From a virus (taxonomy: Duplodnaviria; Heunggongvirae; Uroviricota; Caudoviricetes), in the IMG/VR virus record IMGVR_UViG_3300021254_000001: a DNA stretch of 64,000 nucleotides; one strand, given 5' to 3'. Position numbers and translations under genes: made by a program. This document shows positions 39,779-48,742 of this stretch, piece by piece. The first letter of the stretch is position 1; each line of letters begins with the position of its first letter. A model generated the notes under the pieces. It was not told where the DNA came from. It made no database searches and saw nothing but the letters and a program-made list of their open reading frames with translations.

Positions 39779-39864
39779 TTGGGCTAAATTCCATAAAAGA
39801 AAATAGTATTTATTTATCAATAGGATAATATAAATAAAAACAACTCAAAAGGAGGTAGTTCTTA

Positions 39865-40137
39865 ATGGGAGAACGAGAAAAACCTGTTAATGCAGGAAAA
39901 CCTTGGACTGAAGAAGATATGTTCTTTGTAGGTTCATTCGCTCCAACTTGGAGAAATATCTGTTGGTTAGCAGATAGACTAGGTAGAACTCCACACGCAG
40001 TTCAATACCTATTATGCAAAATATATTGCAAAACAACTGATTTAAAAGAATGGGCGAAAGTCGATACATCTAAATCAGAACAAGCCAAGAAAATACTAAA
40101 AGTTCGTAGAGAGCTTGGTATTGCTATTGGAAAATAG
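39865..40137 (+). CDS. hypothetical protein
   Basis: RBS AAAGGAGG. Confidence 0.35.
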   Translation: MGEREKPVNAGKPWTEEDMFFVGSFAPTWRNICWLADRLGRTPHAVQYLLCKIYCKTTDLKEWAKVDTSKSEQAKKILKVRRELGIAIGK

Positions 40138-40159
40138 GGGTCGGTTAGCCCCTTCATAT

Positions 40160-40234
40160 GGCGCTCGGGGCAGTCGGTTAAGCCACCAGCCTTTCACGCT
40201 GGGGTGTCGAGTTCAACTCTCGAGAGCGCTACCA
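40160..40234 (+). tRNA. tRNA-Glu(TTC): tRNA-Glu (anticodon TTC)
   Basis: Acceptor GGCGCTC/GAGCGCT, then A and CCA. Anticodon arm CCAGC-CTTTCAC-GCTGG. T-arm TCGAG-TTCAACT-CTCGA. Confidence 0.7.
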
Positions 40235-40254
40235 AAAACGAAAAGAGGTGCAAA

Positions 40255-40398
40255 ATGGATTACAAAACACAACAAATAGAAAAATCAAAAGAATTATTAG
40301 AAAGAACAAAATCTGCTATCGAAGAAACAAAACATAGAAAAGAAGAAACTCGTAAAATAATACAAACGTATAGAGATAAAGACGAAGAAGAAAGATAA
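40255..40398 (+). CDS. small charged helical protein (47 aa)
   Basis: RBS AAGAGGTG. The longer ORF from 40204 overlaps tRNA-Glu, so the internal start is preferred. Confidence 0.25.
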   Translation: MDYKTQQIEKSKELLERTKSAIEETKHRKEETRKIIQTYRDKDEEER

Positions 40399-40401
40399 TA
40401 T

Positions 40402-40492
40402 GCCGAGATGGGTGAGTGGTTTAAACCAACGCACTGCTAACGCGTCGACCTAGTAACGGGGTCCGCAGGTTCGAATCCTGCTCTCGGCGCCA
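40402..40492 (+). tRNA. tRNA-Ser(GCT): tRNA-Ser (anticodon GCT), type II
   Basis: Acceptor GCCGAGA/TCTCGGC, then G and CCA. 3-bp D-stem. Anticodon loop CTGCTAA. Long variable arm CGACC...GGGGTC. T-arm GCAGG-TTCGAAT-CCTGC. Confidence 0.75.
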
Positions 40493-40517
40493 AAATATTT
40501 ATGAAAGAGGATTTAAA

Positions 40518-40715
40518 ATGAATTTTAAAGAATTTGTAGCATGGTGTAATGATCGAGCCGCTGATGGTCGTTGGGATATGGTGGAAGCTATATGTTGCTG
40601 TGACGCTGCAAGTAAAATCTATAAACAACCATTTTGGAAACGAGAAAAAGTATGGCAAAAACAATATAAAGATGATGTTATGCCAATTGTAGAAGCAACT
40701 AATAAAAAAAATTAA
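40518..40715 (+). CDS. hypothetical protein
   Basis: RBS AAAGAGG. Confidence 0.3.
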   Translation: MNFKEFVAWCNDRAADGRWDMVEAICCCDAASKIYKQPFWKREKVWQKQYKDDVMPIVEATNKKN

Positions 40716-40737
40716 AGAAATGGGCTATTGTTAATAT

Positions 40738-40824
40738 GGGTAAGCGCTAGAGTAGGAGAGCTAGGGCGGTCTGTAAAACCGTTGCTGAAAGGCTGAGGTG
40801 GTTCGATTCCACCCTTACCCACCA
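40738..40824 (+). tRNA. tRNA-Tyr(GTA): tRNA-Tyr (anticodon GTA), type II
   Basis: Acceptor GGGTAAG/CTTACCC, then A and CCA. D-stem CTAG. Anticodon arm GCGGT-CTGTAAA-ACCGT. Long variable arm. T-arm GGTGG-TTCGATT-CCACC. Confidence 0.7.
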
Positions 40825-40896
40825 TTAAAAACAGCCATATCAAGATAATTCCAAATATAATATAATATGAGTTTGGTTGTTCTCATATTAATATTT

Positions 40897-40972
40897 GGGT
40901 CGTTAGCTCATCAGATAGAGCATTACACTTTTAATGTAAGGGTAGTTGGTTCGAGCCCAACACGACCCACCA
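40897..40972 (+). tRNA. tRNA-Lys(TTT): tRNA-Lys (anticodon TTT)
   Basis: GGGTCGT/ACGACCC acceptor, then A and CCA. D-arm GCTC-ATCAGATA-GAGC. Anticodon arm TTACA-CTTTTAA-TGTAA. T-arm GTTGG-TTCGAGC-CCAAC. Confidence 0.8.
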
Positions 40973-41385
40973 GGGAAGGAAAACCATAAACCCTTGGAGA
41001 AGATTCGCACTATTCCGCCTAAGTAAAAGTAGAGGGGCAAGTGTATTGCTTAGATTGCATATTTATCTATGCACGTCAGCTGGTCCCTAGTGACGTTAAC
41101 AAAAGGGAGTTTATCGTGGCTAGTAGCGAGACGTCACATTTCTGTTCTAGGGAATAGCCCCTGTGACGCACGAGGAATATGGTAGCTCCATATTGAAAAT
41201 GGGCAGATAGGTGTTCTTCCACACAGGCACTATCTTTGTTGGCTGGCGTCGTTATAACGGTCCCATACGGAGGCGCGCAGCGTGACCTCTACGTCGCTTC
41301 AAGTGGCGAGGTTGCAGGCGGAATAAACGATAAAACCGTTGAGGGAGAGACATTATACAATGTTTCTCCCCGATATAATAAAAAG
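40973..41385 (+). ncRNA. GC-rich (~48% vs ~33% genome) non-coding island, candidate structured RNA of unknown class
   Basis: No ORF of 60 aa or more. Sharp local GC rise. Many short complementary segments, e.g. ACGTCA...TGACGT and GGGAGA...TCTCCC. Sits between tRNA-Lys and an HNH gene. Confidence 0.4.
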
Positions 41386-41387
41386 AG

Positions 41388-41903
41388 GTGAGTAAGATAG
41401 AAGAAATCTGGAAAGATATTCCTAATTACGAAGGTCTATATCAAGCTAGCACTTTAGGTAGAATAAGAAGTTTAACTCGCACACATTTAGAGAAGCCTAT
41501 CATACGAGTCGCTAGTATAGACAAAGATGGATATTTGAAATTGGTTCTTGTGAAAAATAAACAACGTAAAACATTCAGAGTGCATAGATTAGTAGCTGAA
41601 ACCTTTATTCCTAATCCTGAAAACAAGCCACAAGTGAACCACAGAGACGAAAATCCAGCAAATAATTGTGTAACTAATTTAGAGTGGATGACGCCAAAAG
41701 AAAACATCAATTACGGGACAGGCATTGAAAGACGTGCTGCACCTAGCAGGAAACGAGTGCGTTGTATAGAAACAGGTGTTATTTACAGTTCTATCACTGA
41801 CGCAGAAATTAAAACAGGAATTTCTCACGCTCATTTGAGTTTAGTTTGTAATAAAGTAAATGGTAACAAAACCGCTCACGGTTATCATTGGGAATTTATA
41901 TAG
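41388..41903 (+). CDS. HNH homing endonuclease (NUMOD4 plus HNH_3), GTG start
   Basis: IEEIWKDIPNYEGLYQASTLGRIRSL. HRLVAETFIPNPENKPQVNHRDENPANNCVTNLEW. Confidence 0.75.
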   Translation: MSKIEEIWKDIPNYEGLYQASTLGRIRSLTRTHLEKPIIRVASIDKDGYLKLVLVKNKQRKTFRVHRLVAETFIPNPENKPQVNHRDENPANNCVTNLEWMTPKENINYGTGIERRAAPSRKRVRCIETGVIYSSITDAEIKTGISHAHLSLVCNKVNGNKTAHGYHWEFI

Positions 41904-41918
41904 AAAAGAGGTAAAATA

Positions 41919-42143
41919 ATGATTGATTTAGTTATAAAATTTTTACTAATTGCTTTATTAGTATTACAAATTGTAGTATTGGTGCATATGTTAATATGCC
42001 AAATCAGAAGAAACAAAGAAGATAAAAAATTTTGGGAGCAAATGAGTAATGCTGTCAAAGAACAAGTTGATAGATATAATAATCTATATCCAGAAGAACC
42101 ATTAAAACTAGAGGGGGATAATACAAATGAACAGGATAAATAA
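41919..42143 (+). CDS. small membrane protein
   Basis: N-terminal hydrophobic helix. RBS AAAGAGG. Confidence 0.3.
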   Translation: MIDLVIKFLLIALLVLQIVVLVHMLICQIRRNKEDKKFWEQMSNAVKEQVDRYNNLYPEEPLKLEGDNTNEQDK

Positions 42144-42447
42144 AACTCCTGGTGTTGTATATTCAGAAAAAGAAAAACTAAAGAATAACAACGAACTAAT
42201 TTCACAGTATGATAGACGAATTGTTGATATGCTTCATAAAATTGAATTTTTAGATGCAACACCAGCACAAGCCTATAAAATGTATATGAAATTGCAAGGA
42301 TTTTTAAGAAAGAAACGTGACCTAAAAAGGTCGGGGAACATTTATGCACCTCGTACCGAAACTGGGAATTACATCATAGGTGGTAGAGTAACAAAATTAA
42401 AAAAGGAGGACAGTATTAGTGGAAATAGACGAAGAAATAGAAAATAA
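42127..42447 (+). CDS. hypothetical protein
   Basis: ORF only. Confidence 0.3.
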   Translation: MNRINKTPGVVYSEKEKLKNNNELISQYDRRIVDMLHKIEFLDATPAQAYKMYMKLQGFLRKKRDLKRSGNIYAPRTETGNYIIGGRVTKLKKEDSISGNRRRNRK

Positions 42448-42763
42448 AATTGATGGTTATGCCAGTATTATTGTCGCAGCATTACTTGATAGAGGTAGTA
42501 TATTTATGAATATTCAAATTGAAGAAGAATATTCACAATATGATATAATGTTTATGTATAAACCAAATAACTTCGGTTATCATCAAAGAGGTATAACAAG
42601 TAATGACTTATTGATAGGTGTCGTAGGGTTTGGCGCTTATGGATTTAGTATAAATATTCCAGATACTGACCCAGGATATTATAGAGAAAAATTAGGTGTA
42701 AGTAGCAACTTTTTGGCGTTTTTATTTAATGAAGTTAGACGTAGATTAAATGAAATAAAATAA
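42419..42763 (+). CDS. hypothetical protein
   Basis: ORF only. Confidence 0.3.
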   Translation: MEIDEEIENKIDGYASIIVAALLDRGSIFMNIQIEEEYSQYDIMFMYKPNNFGYHQRGITSNDLLIGVVGFGAYGFSINIPDTDPGYYREKLGVSSNFLAFLFNEVRRRLNEIK

Positions 42764-42786
42764 TTTAGAAAAAGTTAAGAAATCTC

Positions 42787-42815
42787 TTGACTTTTTATTT
42801 TTTATAATATATAAT
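42787..42815 (+). promoter_or_regulatory. sigma-A type promoter TTGACT-17-TATAAT
   Basis: TTGACT at 42787-42792, 17-nt spacer, TATAAT at 42810-42815. Confidence 0.55.
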
Positions 42816-42906
42816 ACATTCATAAATAGAGAACAAGTAAGTCGTTTACAGGATTAAACGCAATAACAGAATAGTTAGTAATTTTTTACTGATATAAATA
42901 ATCCTG

Positions 42907-42931
42907 TAGACCTTCAAAGAGGTCTATTTTT
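42907..42931 (+). terminator. leader hairpin with T-tract (TAGACC-N8-GGTCTA-TTTTT) 28 nt before the Sak4-like start; possible attenuator
   Basis: Lies within the ~140 nt leader between the promoter at 42787 and the ATG at 42959. An alternative pairing, CAGGATT (42850) with AATCCTG (42898), overlaps the terminator stem. Confidence 0.4.
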
Positions 42932-42958
42932 AATTTAATAGAAAGGAGGATACAGGAT

Positions 42959-43693
42959 ATGAAATTATGGATTTATGGTAAGGTAATGTCTGGTAAAACC
43001 ACATTCGCAAGTCAATTTGAAAATGCGTATATTATCTCAACTGACGGTAACGCAGAGTACACATTTGCTCCTGATAAAATTTTAAGAGTTAGAAATTACA
43101 AAGAATTAAACGACGCTATTACAAAATTAAAAACAATAAAACCTAAATGGGTAATTGTTGATACCACTTCATACTTAATTGATTATCTAAGATTTTACTG
43201 GTATGACAAAAATGGTGTTGAGCATGAATCAGAAATAGCATATAAGGGTTACACAATGCTTAGAAGTTTCTTATGGGAAAGTATATTCTCTATCGCAAAT
43301 GCTTTTGATAATGTAATGTTTATTTCACACGAGCAAGAAATTATAGAGAAAAATAAATTCGGTAGAGAAATTTCTAAATTTCAACCAGTATTTGAAGAAA
43401 AACTTAGAGATCAAATGTCTGGACTTATGGGTATAATTGCTAGGACAGTTAAATCAACAGGTGAAGACGGTACAGCAAAATATGAATTACATATTTCAAA
43501 TTCTGATGACGAGTTTGGTGGTTCAAGATTACCAATAAAGAAAACAGCAATCCCACTTACTAAAAAAGATTTTGACGAAAACTTCAAAAAATTATATGAC
43601 GCAGAAAAAATTGTACGTGGGGAAAAAGACCCAGTAGCTGATACAAAACCAGCTGAAGAAGAAAAACCAAAACGTAGGTCTGTAATAGGCTAA
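42959..43693 (+). CDS. Sak4-like (AAA_24 / RecA-superfamily) recombination ATPase
   Basis: N-terminal Walker A IYGKVMSGKTT. Walker B-like WVIVDTTSYL. About 240 aa. RBS AAAGGAGG. Confidence 0.55.
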   Translation: MKLWIYGKVMSGKTTFASQFENAYIISTDGNAEYTFAPDKILRVRNYKELNDAITKLKTIKPKWVIVDTTSYLIDYLRFYWYDKNGVEHESEIAYKGYTMLRSFLWESIFSIANAFDNVMFISHEQEIIEKNKFGREISKFQPVFEEKLRDQMSGLMGIIARTVKSTGEDGTAKYELHISNSDDEFGGSRLPIKKTAIPLTKKDFDENFKKLYDAEKIVRGEKDPVADTKPAEEEKPKRRSVIG

Positions 43694-43713
43694 TTTGAAA
43701 GGAGAATGCTATA

Positions 43714-44145
43714 ATGAATAATGAAGATTTAAAAGAATTAAACGCTATATTCAAAGATATGGGTGGTGTAGATAAAGTAGAAGACTACACAAATAATTTT
43801 GAAAATTTGCCAGATGGGGATTATATAGGAGAAATTGAAAAATTTGAAACAAAAAATTCAAAATCATCTGGAAAACCTATGGCTGTTATAACAATAGCAG
43901 TAGAAGATGGTAAGAAAGAATTCAAATATTTAATGCTTGCAGGTAATGACTTAAAATCAACACAAACTAACGTAGCAAGAGCTGTAACACAATTAAGAAA
44001 ATTAGGTGTAGAAGGTGTTGAGTTAGGAGATTTCTTAACAAGTGCAGAAAAATTAGTTGGAACTAAAGTACAAATGCACATAAAAACTACTGTCTCAAAA
44101 TCAAGTGGAAATGAATTTAGAAATGTAGATTTAGAGCTTGCATAA
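43714..44145 (+). CDS. hypothetical protein, possibly a recombination partner / ssDNA-binding protein (context only)
   Basis: Follows the Sak4-like gene. RBS AAAGGAG. No motif-level support. Confidence 0.25.
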   Translation: MNNEDLKELNAIFKDMGGVDKVEDYTNNFENLPDGDYIGEIEKFETKNSKSSGKPMAVITIAVEDGKKEFKYLMLAGNDLKSTQTNVARAVTQLRKLGVEGVELGDFLTSAEKLVGTKVQMHIKTTVSKSSGNEFRNVDLELA

Positions 44146-44151
44146 AATTTT

Positions 44152-44184
44152 GATACCGGTATAAAAACCGGTATCATTTTTCTT
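44152..44184. terminator. bidirectional rho-independent terminator
   Basis: GATACCGGT-ataaaa-ACCGGTATC, a perfect 9-bp stem followed by ATTTTTCTT. Sits between convergent genes. Confidence 0.65.
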
Positions 44185-44707
44185 GCTCATAATATTCATC
44201 TATGATTTTTTGCGTTTCTCTTTTTTCTTTTGCACGATTAAATTTTCCTTTTTCGTCAATACTAAATTCTGCAACTTTCACTTCAAATGGCAAGTTTAAT
44301 TCTTCATCTGTAAATATAACTGTACATTCGTCTATTTGTTTTTTATATTCTTGAAATATTGCATTCATATATTCTTGTGCTTGAGGACTTTGTTGATGAA
44401 ACCACGAATGATTTTCTGCGGATAATAATGCACCATTTTCTACGGTCGCCTTTCCACCATCTTTTCTCATTTTTATATGATGGTAAGTCAATTGTTTCAT
44501 TCGTTTCATTTGACCTTTGCCTTTGTATTTTCTGGGTGTAGTATCTTTTCTTAAATGTAATTTTTCAATAAAACATTCTGCTCCATATCTTCTTATTAGT
44601 TCTTGTTTCGCATTTTTATTACTACTCATTTTTAATTCCCCCATTTTATTTTTATTATTATTTAATGAGAAAGTGAACAGATTTAAACGGACGGTTTTAA
44701 GACGCAA
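44174..44707 (-). CDS. HNH endonuclease
   Basis: TYHHIKMRKDGGKATVENGALLSAENHSWFHQQ (HH...N...H..H). Confidence 0.6.
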   Translation of the reverse strand: MRLKTVRLNLFTFSLNNNKNKMGELKMSSNKNAKQELIRRYGAECFIEKLHLRKDTTPRKYKGKGQMKRMKQLTYHHIKMRKDGGKATVENGALLSAENHSWFHQQSPQAQEYMNAIFQEYKKQIDECTVIFTDEELNLPFEVKVAEFSIDEKGKFNRAKEKRETQKIIDEYYEQEK

Positions 44708-45054
44708 AGATGAGTCTTAGAATGACTCAATCTAATTTCTGTTCACTTTTTGTTGTCGTAGCTTGTCATTTTTTGTCGAACCTTGTCAAAATTCTGACAA
44801 ACAGTATTAAAAATAGGGGTAAAATAACCATATAGTGCTATAATGCTCTAAAACGCCCATACAGCTATTTTACCCCTTAGGAGTATAACTTTATTATTCT
44901 AATATGAAAAGCAATTTATAGCCATTTTGACGCGTCATCTAGGTTACATAATTATAAAATATGTAATAGAAATCATTTTTTAATTTTAGTTTTTTAATCA
45001 GCCGGATTTCTGTTCACTACGCTTACTTCTTACTAATTTTTCTATTCATATTTT
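44708..45054. promoter_or_regulatory. regulatory intergenic region with TTGTCA repeats, palindrome TTGTCA-N6-TGACAA, extended -10 TGcTATAAT, and copies of the CTGTTCAC and TTTTACCCC motifs
   Basis: CTGTTCACTTTTT at ~44738. TTGTCATTTTTTGTCGAACCTTGTCAAAATTCTGACAA at 44760-44797. TGCTATAAT at ~44838. ATTTTACCCC at ~44862. CTGTTCAC at ~45012. Confidence 0.4.
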
Positions 45055-45321
45055 CTAATAACTTTTTCCTAATATTGACTGTACATCAATTTGTGTATTT
45101 AATGTAGTAGTCCTCACAGTATAAATCGGGTTATTATTACTATCTCTCGTGAAATTAGAACATACTCCCATAGTGCCTGTTTCGTCAAATATAATTGCTC
45201 CTAAATCTAATTGACCAGAAAACATAGTAATGGAATTCCATTCACCTGTTGTATCAAAATCTATGGTTTGACCAATTATTCTAGGCAAAGTTTCAGTTGT
45301 TATTCCGATATTATTCGCCAT
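45055..45321 (-). CDS. hypothetical protein (tail-fibre associated?)
   Basis: ORF downstream of the large fibre gene. Confidence 0.3.
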   Translation of the reverse strand: MANNIGITTETLPRIIGQTIDFDTTGEWNSITMFSGQLDLGAIIFDETGTMGVCSNFTRDSNNNPIYTVRTTTLNTQIDVQSILGKSY

Positions 45322-45334
45322 TATTCTTTACCTC

Positions 45335-48300
45335 CTATTTATTAGATGTTCCTACATCTTTTACGGTCAGTCTAGTTATTCCTAACTGGTTGTCTGTGAT
45401 ATTTGTGACTACATAAATATGCCCCGAAATATCTGTAATGATAAATCCTACTTTAATTTCTCCAGAAATAACTGTCACATCCTCTACTGCTATTGTAGCA
45501 CTATCATATATATCAGTCAATGTATATCCTATAGAGTTTCTTTCGCTGGTGTTACTATAAACAGGTATTAGATTCACTGAACCTTTTGGCATGGTTACAG
45601 TTATATTAGGATTATACTTATTGTCTACGTATTCTATATTGCCGTCCCAGCATCGAAATGTTTTGCCATCTATTTCTTCTGCGGATATTTGAATTTTTTC
45701 ACCTTCTAAGTAATATCCATTTTCAATACTGTTTATTGAAAGTAAATAGCTTGTACTATATAGTGCTGTTATTTCTATATTTCTAGCAGGCATTTTTACG
45801 GCTTGTTCTTCTTTCTTGAATACATCAAATGTTTTGCCATTCATAAGAGTTAAATATGCAGTGTCATTTCCAGACCATTTTGTAAATTTATAATGATTTG
45901 TTTGGGTATCTTCTAAATTAAAGTATATTTGGACAGGCTGATTAGCGTAATAACTACCACTTCCAAAACCATGATTAACCGTCATTACATATTTATCTTT
46001 TTCTTTCCATTTTGCAGATAATTTTATATCAAAATTTTGTACTTGTATAGTAGTTTCTGGTTCAGTTAAATTAGCAACAGTTTCTTCTGATTTATCATCC
46101 GCAGAAGCGTCATCTGGTTTTTTCCATTGTACAAATTCCCAGCCAAGCATTGGGTCGTCAGCTTTAATATTTAAAGTAGTACCTTCCTCAAATTTGCCTT
46201 CTATTTCCCAACGATCATCTTCTGTTTGAATTTTGCCACCTTCAAGTAATACATGGTAAGTAGTAGTAAAATCCTCTCTTTCATAGCTCATTCCTAGTAC
46301 TATATTTTTACCTGGCATATTCACAATTGCTTTATCCGCATATTTGTCATTAACGTATTGAGTGTCTCCAACCCACTTATAAAATTTATATCCTTCGTCT
46401 GGGTTGTCAGCATAAATATTTATTTGTTCACCAATTGAATAATTATAAGTTTTAATTTCTCCATTTTTACCAGTTATAGTTAAAGTATATTTTACTTCTG
46501 GATTTGGTACGTAGTAGCTTGCTTGCACCTCAACGTCATGTGTCAAATTTCTAATTGTAGTATTTTCAGCTAATGGTTGAGTTATATCATTATCATCGCC
46601 TGTTAGTACTTCCCATTGTAAGAATTTCATCCCATCTGGAGCAGGGTTCATTATAATTTGAGGACTAGAATTTCTCAAGAATACGCCTGACGTACTACCA
46701 TCCGCTAATTTACCATTTATCACTGAAATTGTGAAATATGGAATAGGTTTGTAATTTGCTGTAATAGTTCTATCATTTGTTCCCATAGTAATTGATACAG
46801 GATTTGAATAAGATATAATGTTTTCTTCTTCAGTCCAATAAGCTAATTCATATGATTCTGGAGCTTGATTGCCATAACATTTTATAATAGAACCTTCTTC
46901 ATATGTCCCACTTCCACTACCATTTATAACAGTCAATTTATGAAATGGCTTATAAGATATAAAATTAGCAGTAACTTCGCAATCATTACTTGGCATTATA
47001 ATTGAAGTATTCATACTGTATCTGTTTATTATAGAATACCAATTGCCGTTCCAGTTATTCCATTTATATCCTTCTGGTACGCTAATCGCAGAAATATTTA
47101 CAGTTTGCCTTTCCTTGTAGGTTCCACTACCTGAACCATTATTAACAGTTAAATTATAAGAGTTTCTGTTACGATAATAAGCATGATACGTTATATTACT
47201 ATCTCCCATAACAATATTATTATAATAATGAGAAGTTCCATATTTCACACCATCTTTTGTCCAATAGTCAAATATGTAGTCGCTTAATACTTCTTCTGAC
47301 AAAATACTATATTTTTTACCTATTCCAACAAGCATACTTCTGGTACCACCATTATTTCCTTCGTTTTCGATTGTAACTGTTCTGGCGTCTACATATTCGC
47401 AATCAAGTACTGCATTTCCATCACCTACATAAAAAGTAGTAGTAGCGCTTTCTATGTCTGCAAAACTTCCAACTCCCTCAAGTATCCATTTGTTAAAAAC
47501 TTTTCCTTCTGGTGCAGCAGGAGCTATTATTTGATGACCACTCTTTTCTTTTGCTTGCTCTATTTTGCTTTCACCATCAATTGTTCCTTGCGTCATAGTA
47601 ACAGTGTTGTATGAATAAATATAGTTCCAATTGGACGTAAAACTTAAGTTTATGTCAGGCATTACCAGTGAACTAGATGACACATCTTTTAGATATGCAG
47701 TGTCTCCACTCCAATAAGCAAACTCCCATTTAGGTCCTTTGGATTTGGCTTGTAAATATACATTAGCTTTGTAATCATACCAACCTTGAAGTTCATTATC
47801 AATCTTTACACTATGTTGTCCTGCATTTATATAGAAAGAAGTTAATTCAACATCACAATCTGGCATAGTAAGCCAAGATGTGGATGGTTCTGCTCCACCT
47901 GTGAGGTTTTTTAATCCTTCTTCCGTTCCTGTCCATTCGTAAAAAGCTTTTCCTATTGCAGCAGTATCAGCTAAAATTCTAATTTCATCTCCTGCAAAAA
48001 ATTGTCTTGTTGTTCCTCCTGTATCATCATAAATTGAGCCTCCATGCAGTGTCAATGTTCTAGGAAATCTTGTTTTGAAATTAGCAGTTAATATTGTTTC
48101 ATAATTTTCGTTTTCATGATATACCATTTTAAATGTAGTTATTTGGGCATTTGTTGCTCCTACATATTGAAGATCGTCAGTATTACCACTCCAATTAGTA
48201 AATATCATATATGGAGCGTCCTCTCCATCAGCAACACCTTGTATGTGAACCGTTTCGTCTTCTGCGATAAATTCTGAAGGTTTATTATATTCTTGAATAA

Positions 48301-48742
48301 TACCATTTTTAATAGTCAGTAGCCATTTCTTTATTGGTAAATCGGGTTGGTTGTGCATTAAATTTAAGTTATATTCAATTGCATTGGCGACTTGATAAGT
48401 AAATTGAACTGCTTCATGAAGTTCGATAAAGTCTTTTGTTATTACTGGGTTTGAACTATTCATTAATATCATGACATTTCTAACTATACGTATCATATCA
48501 TCTCTAGTTGGAATATCTTGTTCAGTCCAATCTGTTTTTATTGCCATAGAAGGAGGTACTCTTACAATTTTATGATTTACCATATACTCAGCACAATATT
48601 TAGTATTGTTTTCTATTCTGTTCAAGTCAAAATAATTATAAGAGCCTTTTACATCTAAATTAGTAGTGTCGGTTTCTAATATTTGCACATCTCCATAGGT
48701 TCTGTCATAGATTGGTTCTATCCATTCTACTGAATAACTCAT
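45335..48742 (-). CDS. tail fibre / receptor-binding protein with multiple Listeria-Bacteroides (InlB B-repeat-like) repeat domains
   Basis: Repeated ~80-aa units of the form V(I/N)(N/H)G(S/F)GSG(T/S)Y..G..V.I.A....GY.F..W.G. 1135 aa, distal to the tape measure. Confidence 0.55.
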   Translation of the reverse strand: MSYSVEWIEPIYDRTYGDVQILETDTTNLDVKGSYNYFDLNRIENNTKYCAEYMVNHKIVRVPPSMAIKTDWTEQDIPTRDDMIRIVRNVMILMNSSNPVITKDFIELHEAVQFTYQVANAIEYNLNLMHNQPDLPIKKWLLTIKNGIIQEYNKPSEFIAEDETVHIQGVADGEDAPYMIFTNWSGNTDDLQYVGATNAQITTFKMVYHENENYETILTANFKTRFPRTLTLHGGSIYDDTGGTTRQFFAGDEIRILADTAAIGKAFYEWTGTEEGLKNLTGGAEPSTSWLTMPDCDVELTSFYINAGQHSVKIDNELQGWYDYKANVYLQAKSKGPKWEFAYWSGDTAYLKDVSSSSLVMPDINLSFTSNWNYIYSYNTVTMTQGTIDGESKIEQAKEKSGHQIIAPAAPEGKVFNKWILEGVGSFADIESATTTFYVGDGNAVLDCEYVDARTVTIENEGNNGGTRSMLVGIGKKYSILSEEVLSDYIFDYWTKDGVKYGTSHYYNNIVMGDSNITYHAYYRNRNSYNLTVNNGSGSGTYKERQTVNISAISVPEGYKWNNWNGNWYSIINRYSMNTSIIMPSNDCEVTANFISYKPFHKLTVINGSGSGTYEEGSIIKCYGNQAPESYELAYWTEEENIISYSNPVSITMGTNDRTITANYKPIPYFTISVINGKLADGSTSGVFLRNSSPQIIMNPAPDGMKFLQWEVLTGDDNDITQPLAENTTIRNLTHDVEVQASYYVPNPEVKYTLTITGKNGEIKTYNYSIGEQINIYADNPDEGYKFYKWVGDTQYVNDKYADKAIVNMPGKNIVLGMSYEREDFTTTYHVLLEGGKIQTEDDRWEIEGKFEEGTTLNIKADDPMLGWEFVQWKKPDDASADDKSEETVANLTEPETTIQVQNFDIKLSAKWKEKDKYVMTVNHGFGSGSYYANQPVQIYFNLEDTQTNHYKFTKWSGNDTAYLTLMNGKTFDVFKKEEQAVKMPARNIEITALYSTSYLLSINSIENGYYLEGEKIQISAEEIDGKTFRCWDGNIEYVDNKYNPNITVTMPKGSVNLIPVYSNTSERNSIGYTLTDIYDSATIAVEDVTVISGEIKVGFIITDISGHIYVVTNITDNQLGITRLTVKDVGTSNK

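Noticed and set aside
40437-40664. Minus-strand ORF across tRNA-Ser, and the plus ORF from 40204 overlapping tRNA-Glu
   Set aside because: Both overlap well-formed tRNAs. For the plus ORF, an internal start at 40255 with an RBS is preferred.
40973-41385. tmRNA, RNase P RNA or a group II intron as the identity of the GC-rich island
   Set aside because: No tRNA-like 3' end with a GGTTCGA T-loop and no tag ORF ending ALAA. No AGGAAAGUCC / ACAGAA P4 signatures. No domain V GAGC...GAAA...GUUC motif.
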